Shown piece after piece: positions 35,047 to 42,460 of a DNA stretch of 64,000 nt. The DNA lies in NCBI GenBank assembly GCA_947593925.1, contig CANQDU010000004.1, forward strand, positions 49,834 through 113,833, written 5' to 3'. Position 1 is the first letter of the stretch. Each line of letters starts with the position of its first letter. Source of the DNA: an uncultured Clostridia bacterium. GTDB lineage: Bacteria > Bacillota > Clostridia > Oscillospirales > JAAYOS01. Position numbers and translations under genes: made by a program. Under the pieces are notes generated by a model. That model did no database searches. It had not been told where the DNA came from and saw only the letters and a program-made list of their open reading frames with translations.

Positions 35047-35736
35047 TTATTCGTACCGGATAAGCTCGCCGCGCAGCTTGTCTAGCGCTTTCTTCTCTAT
35101 GCGCGAAACGTAGCTCCGCGAGATGCCGTAGCGCGCCGCTATTTCGCGCTGCGTGAGCGGCGCCGCGCCGTCGAGACCGTATCGGAGCGACACTATCTCA
35201 TGCTCGCGCGGCTCGAGCACGCGCTCCATGACGTCGAGCAGGCGCGCCTTCCGCTCCTCGCGGCTGATGCTCTCGATCATCTCCTCGGATGTATCGGCGA
35301 TGGTGTCGCCGAGGACGAGCGGGTCGCCGTCCCCGGCGGCGTCGAGCTCGTCGTCAAGCGACAGCTCCCCCGCCGTCTTGCGGAGGCCGCGAAAGTGCAT
35401 CAGTATCTCGTTTTCGATGCACCGGCCGGCGTAGGTCGCGAGGCGGATGTTCTTCGTGTAGTCGAAGGTGTCTATCGCCTTTATGAGGCCGATGGTACCT
35501 ATCGAGATGAGATCCTCCTGATCCGCCGCGGAGGTGTAGTATTTCTTTATGACGTGCGCCACGAGGCGCAGATTGTGCTCTATCAGCCTGTCGCGGGCGT
35601 GCTTGTCCCCCTCGGCGCGGAGCTCCAGGCAGCGGCGCTCCTCCTCGGCGGAGAGCGGCTTCGGGAAAGTCCCGCCGCCGTTTATCCTCAGCGTCATGTA
35701 GAACCCGTGAAGTATCAGCCAGAGCGCTATGTTCAT
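35047..35736 (-). CDS. sigK: Sporulation sigma factor SigK (pro-sigma-K), uninterrupted
   Basis: TFPKPLSAEEERRCLELRAEGDKHARDRLIEHNLRLVAHVIKKY, GTIGLIKAIDTF, RCIENEILMHFR and ISRSYVSRIEKKAL closely parallel B. subtilis SigK, including a hydrophobic pro-sequence. Start is ambiguous: ATG 35736, TTG 35739 or GTG 35748. Confidence 0.85.
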   Translation of the reverse strand: MNIALWLILHGFYMTLRINGGGTFPKPLSAEEERRCLELRAEGDKHARDRLIEHNLRLVAHVIKKYYTSAADQEDLISIGTIGLIKAIDTFDYTKNIRLATYAGRCIENEILMHFRGLRKTAGELSLDDELDAAGDGDPLVLGDTIADTSEEMIESISREERKARLLDVMERVLEPREHEIVSLRYGLDGAAPLTQREIAARYGISRSYVSRIEKKALDKLRGELIRYE

Positions 35737-35942
35737 CAATCGGATCACTCCTCCCCTGTCGTATACGGTATTCGGGGAAGAGGGGCAATATTCGTTTCGC
35801 GGGAAATCGCAGGAGCGGGCCTTGCCCGCTCCTTTACCAATTTCCCGCGAAGCCGCCGGACAGAGCGGAGCTCTGCCGGCGGCAACACTCCGCTCTGTCC
35901 GGCGGTCTCGCTGAAAATCGCGTCAGCGATTTTCGGCGAGAT

Positions 35943-35983
35943 AAAAATAGCACGGACGACCTTGTGTCGTCCGTGCTATTTTT
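35943..35983 (-). terminator. Terminator after the opp operon / DUF3899-like gene
   Basis: AAAAATAGCACGGACGAC-loop-GTCGTCCGTGCTATTTTT, overlapping the stop codon. Confidence 0.8.
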
Positions 35984-36398
35984 ACTCTACGGAGTAATAC
36001 AGTACGATGAACACCACCGCGACGGCGATAAAGCCCAGTCCGCACCAGAAGAGGAAGCTGAAACCCTTCACGGGTCCCTTCTCCTCCTTGCGGGCGAGAT
36101 AGTCGCCGTACTTCTCGCGCTCGCGGAGTCCCCTTCCGGGGAGCAGCATCCGCTTTATCGACTCGGCGGCGTATCCGAGGAACCTCAGCGACCCCTCGTT
36201 TGTCAGCCATATGAGCGCGCCGACGCAGACCATTATCACGCCGGGGACGGTAAAGGAGTTTGCGAGCGCCTTGTACCTGTCCGCCGGGTCGTGCATGAGC
36301 GAGAAGTCGTTGAGCCAAAGGTACAGCAGCACCATCAGCCCGCCGACGACCGCCGTCACGCCGTGCTTTATGAGGTTCCTTCGCAGCTTGTCGCTCAC
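35982..36398 (-). CDS. Small integral membrane protein (DUF3899-like)
   Basis: 138 aa, 3-4 TM, ATGA overlap with the upstream ATPase gene. The family name is from memory of similar YpbF/DUF3899-type proteins and is not verified. Confidence 0.55.
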   Translation of the reverse strand: MSDKLRRNLIKHGVTAVVGGLMVLLYLWLNDFSLMHDPADRYKALANSFTVPGVIMVCVGALIWLTNEGSLRFLGYAAESIKRMLLPGRGLREREKYGDYLARKEEKGPVKGFSFLFWCGLGFIAVAVVFIVLYYSVE

Positions 36399-37603
36399 AG
36401 TCCGAGTTCCTTCTTGTAGCGCTCCTCCTCGGGGTCGTTGCAGTAGACGAAGTGACCCGGGAGTATTTCGCGCATGGACGGCTTCAGAACCGAGTAGTCA
36501 TGCGCCGCTATCGAGTTGTAGGTGATACGGGTGCGGCGCTTCTCCGCATGCGGGTCGGGCAGCGGTATCGCCGACAGGAGCGAGCGGGTGTAGGGGTGCA
36601 GCGGGTGCGCGAACAGCTCGTCCGAGCTCGCGAGCTCCACCATCTTGCCGAAGTACATGACGCCGATGCGGTCGGAGAAGTACTTGACGACCGAGAGGTC
36701 GTGCGCAATGAAGAGTATCGTAAGACCGAGGCGGTCGCGGAGCTCGTTCATAAGGTTTATTACCTGCGCCTGGATAGAGACGTCGAGCGCGGAGATGGGT
36801 TCGTCCGCTATGAGCAGGTCGGGGTTCATGATGACCGCGCGGGCGATGCCGATACGCTGACGCTGTCCGCCGGAGAACTCGTGCGGATAGCGGCCCGCGT
36901 GCTCGCGGACAAGTCCGACGAGCTCGAGTATCTCGTAGACCTTCTCGTCGATATACTCCTTGTCACGGACGCCGTTGATGATAAGTCCCTCGGCGATTAT
37001 CTCGCGGACCGTCATACGCGGGTTCAGCGAGGCTATCGGGTCCTGGAATATCATCTGTATCTTCGTTATCAGCTTGCTCTTGTTCGCGACGCGGATCTGC
37101 TCGCGCTTCTCGCGCTCGAGCGACGCGACCTTCGCCGCGTCGCCGCCGGCGGCGGCGATCTTCTCGTCGTACTCGCGCGCGGTCTCTTCGGCGAGATGCT
37201 TTGCGTACTCCTCGTCCGAATGGTTGTGGTCAAACTTCGCCTTCTTTATCTCCTCGTTGTTCTCGGAAATGATCTTCTCAAGCTCGGCCTTGCGGGCGGG
37301 GTCGGTGGTCGAGGACAGCTCCTTGCGGGCGGCCTTTATCGCGTCCTTGTAGGAGCGGGTGCCGGCGCAGATGCGCTGCCCCTTGAAGTAGACGCTGCCG
37401 GATGTAGCGTCGTAGACCTTGATTATCGTGCGGCCCGTGGTGGTCTTGCCGCAGCCCGACTCGCCGACGAGTCCGAAGACCTCGCCGCGCTTGATGTCAA
37501 AGCTGACGTCATCGACGGCCTTGAGCTCGCTGTCGCCCATCTTGAAGTACTGGCAGAGGTGCTCCACACGAAGCAGTGTTTCGTTGTTATTCACGTTGTT
37601 CAT
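36395..37603 (-). CDS. Opp/Dpp-family peptide ABC transporter ATP-binding protein (OppF-like) with ~100-aa insertion
   Basis: 402 aa. Walker A GESGCGKTT, Q-loop QMIFQDPIASLNPR, signature FSGGQRQRIGIARA, Walker B LLIADEPISALD, and a C-terminal oligopeptide-ABC extension. An extra charged helical segment spans residues ~81-178. Confidence 0.85.
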   Translation of the reverse strand: MNNVNNNETLLRVEHLCQYFKMGDSELKAVDDVSFDIKRGEVFGLVGESGCGKTTTGRTIIKVYDATSGSVYFKGQRICAGTRSYKDAIKAARKELSSTTDPARKAELEKIISENNEEIKKAKFDHNHSDEEYAKHLAEETAREYDEKIAAAGGDAAKVASLEREKREQIRVANKSKLITKIQMIFQDPIASLNPRMTVREIIAEGLIINGVRDKEYIDEKVYEILELVGLVREHAGRYPHEFSGGQRQRIGIARAVIMNPDLLIADEPISALDVSIQAQVINLMNELRDRLGLTILFIAHDLSVVKYFSDRIGVMYFGKMVELASSDELFAHPLHPYTRSLLSAIPLPDPHAEKRRTRITYNSIAAHDYSVLKPSMREILPGHFVYCNDPEEERYKKELGL

Positions 37604-39765
37604 GCGGTCTCCCCTCCTGCCTTCTTCATTCTCTCGATACGGTCAACTATCGCCTTGGGCGGGTCGATCTTGGGCGCGTCCGGATGCAGCAGCCAAGTGG
37701 CGGCCCAGTGCGTGTCGCTCACCCGGAACTGCGGCGGCTCCATCTCGAAGTCTATCTTGAGCGCGTACTTGTTGCGGTCTGCGAACGCGTCGCCCTTGGG
37801 CGGATAGATCATGTTCGGCGGGGTGCCGGGTATCGCGTCGAGCTTCTCCTTGGTGTCAAGGTCGGGCATCGACGAGAGCAGCGCCCAAGTGTACGGATGG
37901 CGCGGCTCATAGAAAATGTCGTCCGCCGTGCCGTACTCGACTATCTTGCCGGCGTACATGACGGCGATATCGTCCGCCATGTTCGCGACGACGCCGAGGT
38001 CGTGCGTGATGAATATGACCGAGAGCTTGCGCTCATCCTTGAGGTTGTTGATGAGCTCGAGTATCTGCGCCTGAATGGTCACGTCGAGCGCGGTGGTCGG
38101 CTCGTCGCAGATAAGTATCTCGGGGTCCGCGGCGAGGGCTATCGCTATGACGATACGCTGGCGCATGCCGCCGGAGAACTCGAACGGGTACTGGCGGAAG
38201 CGGGTGCGCGGCTCGGGTATGCCGACCTCCTCCATCAGCTCTATCGCCTTCTCCTTAGCCATACGCTTCGTGACCTTGTAGACGACCTGGCTCGCCTTGT
38301 CGCGGAAGAAGTCTATCATCGCGACGGCGCGCGCATGGTAGTCGATGTTCGCGGCGTCCGCTATGCGGGTCTCGTAGTTCTCTATCATGCGGTCAAAGAC
38401 TGACACTATGTCCTGCTTGAGCTCGTCGAGGTCGTAGACGTTTTTCGGGATGACCTGCCAGTCGACGGTCTTCCCCTTAGCGACGAGCTTCTCGCGCTTG
38501 ACACTCTGCTTTGCGAAGCGAGCCTCCTCCTTCGGGTTCTTCTTCTGAGCATTGAAGTACTTGTTTATCTCGCTCAGAAGACCCGTCTTGAAGGTGTACG
38601 CGACGCTGTCCTTGTTGACCTCGAGGCGGTCGATGGACTTCTCGACCTCCGCCGCTATCTCCTTGGCCTTGGCCTCCGCCTCGGCCTTCGTGAAGTCGCC
38701 GAGGTAGAACTCGCGCGCGGTGCGGAGCTTCGGCAGAACGTCCTTTTTTACGGCAAGAGCGGTGGTCGCCGAATACTCGATGCCCTTCTCGGCATAGCCG
38801 ACGAACTCGTTCATGAAGTCGCGATTAAGGAACTCGAGAGCCTTCGCGTTGAGCTCCGCCACGTCGTACTTCGTGAGGTCCTCGTTCGGGTTCTTCATCT
38901 TGAAGTAGCCGACGCGGAAGAAGTTCACGCGGGTCTCGTCGATTATCTCCTTGAGGACGCCGCCGAGCTCCTTCAGCGTGTCGAGGAAGTCGCTCGCTAT
39001 GGGCGTCACGGCGCCCTTCTTCCCCTCGCGGTAGCCCGCGCGGAAGCGGGAAATGATGGGCGGGTACTTCGCAAGGCGCTCGTCGTACTTATGCGTGAGG
39101 AGCGGGTCCTTGAGCTCCTTCAGCTCCTTGAGGATCTCCGCAAGCTCCTCCTTCACGTTCTGCTTCTGGTTGTTTTCGGCCATGAAGACGAAGTCCGTGA
39201 TGTCCTTGGCCATGCCCTCGGCGGCGCCGAGAGCGAGGTCGTAGTTGTTCTCGAGCCGGATAGCCTCGATGCAGAAGTTGTCAAACGTCTTGCACATCTC
39301 GTTTATCTTCGACTCGGGGGCGGCCTTCGCGTCAATCATATTCTTCTTGAGGAGCGCGAGGGTGTCGTTGAAATCCCTGCGTCCCGCGCGGCGGGTGCCG
39401 CGGTTCTTGAGAAGCATCGCCTCGGTTATCTGGCGGCCTATCCGGACGACCGGGTTCAGCGCGGAGAGCGGATCCTGGAATATCATGGATATTCTGTCGC
39501 CGCGGATCCTGCACATCTCGTCCTCGGGTATCTTGAGGAGGTCCATGCCGTCAAAAAGTATCTCGCCGCCCTCGGTTATCGAGTTGCCGGCAAGGATGCC
39601 GAGTATCGCCTTACTCGTCACCGACTTGCCCGAGCCGGACTCGCCGACTATCGCGAGCGTCTTACCGCGTTCGAGGTCGAAGGAGATGTTGCGGACGGCC
39701 TTGAGCGTTCCGTTCTGTGTGCGGAACGAGATCTTCAGGTTCTTTACTTCAAGTATCTTATCCAT
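37600..39765 (-). CDS. Opp/Dpp-family peptide ABC transporter ATP-binding protein (OppD-like) with ~375-aa insertion
   Basis: Preferred start is ATG 39765 (MDKILEVKNLKISF; RBS GAGGAG 7 nt upstream); the track start is GTG 39786. Walker A GESGSGKS, Q-loop MIFQDPLSALNP, then ~375 aa before YPFEFSGGMRQR / ILICDEPTTALD. Confidence 0.85.
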   Translation of the reverse strand: MDKILEVKNLKISFRTQNGTLKAVRNISFDLERGKTLAIVGESGSGKSVTSKAILGILAGNSITEGGEILFDGMDLLKIPEDEMCRIRGDRISMIFQDPLSALNPVVRIGRQITEAMLLKNRGTRRAGRRDFNDTLALLKKNMIDAKAAPESKINEMCKTFDNFCIEAIRLENNYDLALGAAEGMAKDITDFVFMAENNQKQNVKEELAEILKELKELKDPLLTHKYDERLAKYPPIISRFRAGYREGKKGAVTPIASDFLDTLKELGGVLKEIIDETRVNFFRVGYFKMKNPNEDLTKYDVAELNAKALEFLNRDFMNEFVGYAEKGIEYSATTALAVKKDVLPKLRTAREFYLGDFTKAEAEAKAKEIAAEVEKSIDRLEVNKDSVAYTFKTGLLSEINKYFNAQKKNPKEEARFAKQSVKREKLVAKGKTVDWQVIPKNVYDLDELKQDIVSVFDRMIENYETRIADAANIDYHARAVAMIDFFRDKASQVVYKVTKRMAKEKAIELMEEVGIPEPRTRFRQYPFEFSGGMRQRIVIAIALAADPEILICDEPTTALDVTIQAQILELINNLKDERKLSVIFITHDLGVVANMADDIAVMYAGKIVEYGTADDIFYEPRHPYTWALLSSMPDLDTKEKLDAIPGTPPNMIYPPKGDAFADRNKYALKIDFEMEPPQFRVSDTHWAATWLLHPDAPKIDPPKAIVDRIERMKKAGGETA

Positions 39766-39769
39766 CGTC

Positions 39770-41353
39770 TCACTCCTCAACTCCACGCAGCGACGGGTTG
39801 AACGCGTCGCGCAGACCGTTGCCGAACAGGTTGAAGCAAATCATGAGCAGGCTCAGTATCAGCGCCGGGAAGAGCAGCAGGTGCGGGTAGCTCGTCCAGA
39901 TGCTCGCGGCGTCCGAAAGAAGCGTGCCGAGCGACGTAGTCGTCGCGCTGCCGAGCTTGACTATGCCGAGGTAGCTGAGCATGCTTTCGCTGCCGATGAC
40001 GCCCGGTATCGCAAGCACGCTGCCGGTGATTATCGTGCCGAGCGAGTTCGGGAAGATGTGCTTCCAGATTATGCGGCGGTCCTTCGCGCCGAGGGTGCGC
40101 GCCGCGATGACGTACTCCTGTCCCTTGAAGCGATAGAACTGCGTCCTCACGCGGCTCGCCATGCCTATCCACCCCGTCAGGACGAACGCGAAGAGTAGGC
40201 TTGGTATCGCGCCCACCTTCTGTGCGAGGTGCATCTGGAACAGCGTCGCGACGACGACGAACGGCACGCCGCTCAGTATGTCGCTTATACGCTCGAGCGT
40301 GAGATCCACCGCGCCGCCGTAGTAACCCTCGACCGCGCCGTACATCGCGCCTATCACGAAGTTAATGGCGCAGACGGAGAGCGAGAGTATCAGACTGAGG
40401 CGGATGCCCCCGGCGAGGCGCAGGCTCATGTCGTAGCCCTGGCTGTCGGTGCCGAGGAGGTATTCCGGCTCGAAGCCGTTGCGGTAGCGGTAGTAGTTGT
40501 AGTAGAGTATGCGCACCTTGTACTGCGCGGTCTGGGCGTTGCCGCCGCCGGTGTACTCGTAGTATATCGGGTTGCCGTCGGCGTCGCGCTTATAGTTGTC
40601 CTCGAGCACCATATCCTCGCTGTACTTGAGGGTCTTGTCGAGGTCGCCCCACTCGTCGGTGGTGATGGGCGTGCCCTTGTTCGACTTGTACCAGTAGTTC
40701 GCGTCGGTCGCGTCGACGTTCCACTCGTTGTCCTCAACGAGCGGATAGAGCACCTGTATGCCGGTCTCGTTCTGCCAATCGACTATCCTCTGGTACTCGT
40801 CCTGCTTGAGGCTCGTGTAGAGGAAGCCGACCTCGAGATAGTTGTCTATCGAGGCGTTGTACATGACCTTCGGCTTTGCGCCCTTTATCTCGGCTATCTC
40901 CCACGAGTCCTTGATGCTGCGGATGGGCTGGTAGTAATTGCTCATGCCTTCGGCGACGGATATGCCGCCCTTGCCCTCCGTGTCCGCCGCGCCGACGCCG
41001 ATGCCGACGAACTTCACAAGACCCTTCTCCTCGAAGGTGCGCCCGGTCTGGCCGTTGGCGATGCCGAGGTTCATCAGGGCGAAGTTCCTCGGCGGTTTCT
41101 TCGCGTAGTAGACGTCCATGAAGGTCTCGTCATAGCGGGTGTTCATTACCGGCACCACTATCGAGAAGAGAACGATAAGCAGTATGATTATCGCCGCGAC
41201 GATGGAGCCCTTGTTGCGGCGGAAGCGGAGCCACGCATCCTTGAAGTAGCCGATAGGCTTATCCTCGAACTTCTTGTCGGTGATGCGCTCGCCGCGCTCG
41301 ACCGGCTCGAAGAGCTCCTTCGGGATGTTGTTGTAATCAGTTTTGTTTGTCAT
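39770..41353 (-). CDS. Opp/Dpp-family ABC permease (OppC-like) with ~245-aa extracytoplasmic insertion after TM1
   Basis: 527 aa. TM1 at IVAAIIILLIVLFSIVVPVM, a long loop up to LGTDSQGYD, then a standard BPD_transp_1 core (ISDILSGVPFVVVATLF). Confidence 0.85.
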   Translation of the reverse strand: MTNKTDYNNIPKELFEPVERGERITDKKFEDKPIGYFKDAWLRFRRNKGSIVAAIIILLIVLFSIVVPVMNTRYDETFMDVYYAKKPPRNFALMNLGIANGQTGRTFEEKGLVKFVGIGVGAADTEGKGGISVAEGMSNYYQPIRSIKDSWEIAEIKGAKPKVMYNASIDNYLEVGFLYTSLKQDEYQRIVDWQNETGIQVLYPLVEDNEWNVDATDANYWYKSNKGTPITTDEWGDLDKTLKYSEDMVLEDNYKRDADGNPIYYEYTGGGNAQTAQYKVRILYYNYYRYRNGFEPEYLLGTDSQGYDMSLRLAGGIRLSLILSLSVCAINFVIGAMYGAVEGYYGGAVDLTLERISDILSGVPFVVVATLFQMHLAQKVGAIPSLLFAFVLTGWIGMASRVRTQFYRFKGQEYVIAARTLGAKDRRIIWKHIFPNSLGTIITGSVLAIPGVIGSESMLSYLGIVKLGSATTTSLGTLLSDAASIWTSYPHLLLFPALILSLLMICFNLFGNGLRDAFNPSLRGVEE

Positions 41354-42312
41354 TTCTTCTGACCCATCCTTATTCTGGGATCGATGAAACCGTAGCTTAT
41401 ATCCACAAGTATGCCGGCAAGCAGGCCGATAAATGTGTAGAAGACGGTGTCCATCATAAAGACGTCGTAGTCGAGCTGCTGTATCGACTGCATGTACAGC
41501 CGTCCGACGCCGGGTATCGAGAAGATCTGCTCAATTATCATCGAGCCGCCGAGAACGCCCACGAACTCGCCTATCAGCATCGGCAGTATCGGCACCATCG
41601 CGTTCCGGAGAGCGTGCTTGGTCGTGGCCTGTGCGCGGGTGAGTCCCTTGGTGCGTGCGAGCAGCATATAGTCGGATGTCAATGTCTCGGTAAGCTCGGC
41701 GCGGGTGAAGCGCGTGAGTCCCGCGATCGTGCCGAAGCTCAACGCAAGCACCGGCATTATCATGCTCCGCAGCATCGTCCACGAGAACCACGAGTTCCCC
41801 GCGTCCGCAAGGGACGAGACGATGAGCGGCAGCCAGCCGAGCTTGAGGTACATTATGTACTGGAGCAGGAAGGCGTAGACGTAGCTCGGCACCGAGACGG
41901 CTATCATGACGCCGGTGCTTATCACCTGATCCTGCCATTTGTTCTTCTTAATCGCCGCGAAAATACCGAGGCCGATGCCCACGGGTATCGCGAACAGGAG
42001 CGAGTAGACGTTTACGAGGACCGTAGGCAGCAGACGGCTCGTAAGAACGGTAAGCGCGGGCTCGCTGTACTGTATCTGCCACGAGCTGCCGAAGTCAAAC
42101 GCGGTGAAAATATTCTTGAGGTATATTCCGTACTGCACGAGAAGCGGCTCGTTGTAGCCGAGCGCCTCCCAGCGGGCGAGGACTATCTCCGCCTTGTTCT
42201 TGTCGATTGGGATCTCGCGCGGGAGCAGCCTTATCAGCATAAAGCAGATCGTCACTATGACGAAGAGCGTGAATACCATCAGCGCGAGTCGTTTAAGTAC
42301 ATATTTTCCCAT
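41350..42312 (-). CDS. Opp/Dpp-family ABC permease (OppB-like)
   Basis: 320 aa. MGKYVLKRLALMVFTLFVIVTICFMLIRLLP is a typical OppB/DppB N-terminus. ATGA-type overlap with the downstream permease. Confidence 0.9.
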   Translation of the reverse strand: MGKYVLKRLALMVFTLFVIVTICFMLIRLLPREIPIDKNKAEIVLARWEALGYNEPLLVQYGIYLKNIFTAFDFGSSWQIQYSEPALTVLTSRLLPTVLVNVYSLLFAIPVGIGLGIFAAIKKNKWQDQVISTGVMIAVSVPSYVYAFLLQYIMYLKLGWLPLIVSSLADAGNSWFSWTMLRSMIMPVLALSFGTIAGLTRFTRAELTETLTSDYMLLARTKGLTRAQATTKHALRNAMVPILPMLIGEFVGVLGGSMIIEQIFSIPGVGRLYMQSIQQLDYDVFMMDTVFYTFIGLLAGILVDISYGFIDPRIRMGQKK

Positions 42313-42379
42313 AACATCTCTCCTTTTCGGCCGTCATGGTGATGCGTGGCCGAAGGTCTCGTGTGACAGCCGAATTGAG

Positions 42380-42413
42380 CGGCAGGGGGAGCGGAAGCAC
42401 GCTCCCCCTGCCG
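42380..42413 (-). other. Intercistronic 14-bp stem-loop between the SBP gene and the permease genes
   Basis: CGGCAGGGGGAGCG-loop-CGCTCCCCCTGCCG with no U-tract. The position suggests an mRNA-stabilising or partial-attenuation element that sets the SBP:permease ratio. Confidence 0.5.
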
Positions 42414-42460
42414 GATTTCAACCGCTAGGTTGTGACGCAAAAGTATGCGCTTTTTATGGC

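Noticed and set aside
35047-35748. Interrupted sigK (skin-like element) as in B. subtilis or C. difficile
   Set aside because: The ORF is continuous from the pro-sequence through region 4.2 (ISRSYVSRIEKKAL). No intervening element or recombinase is present.
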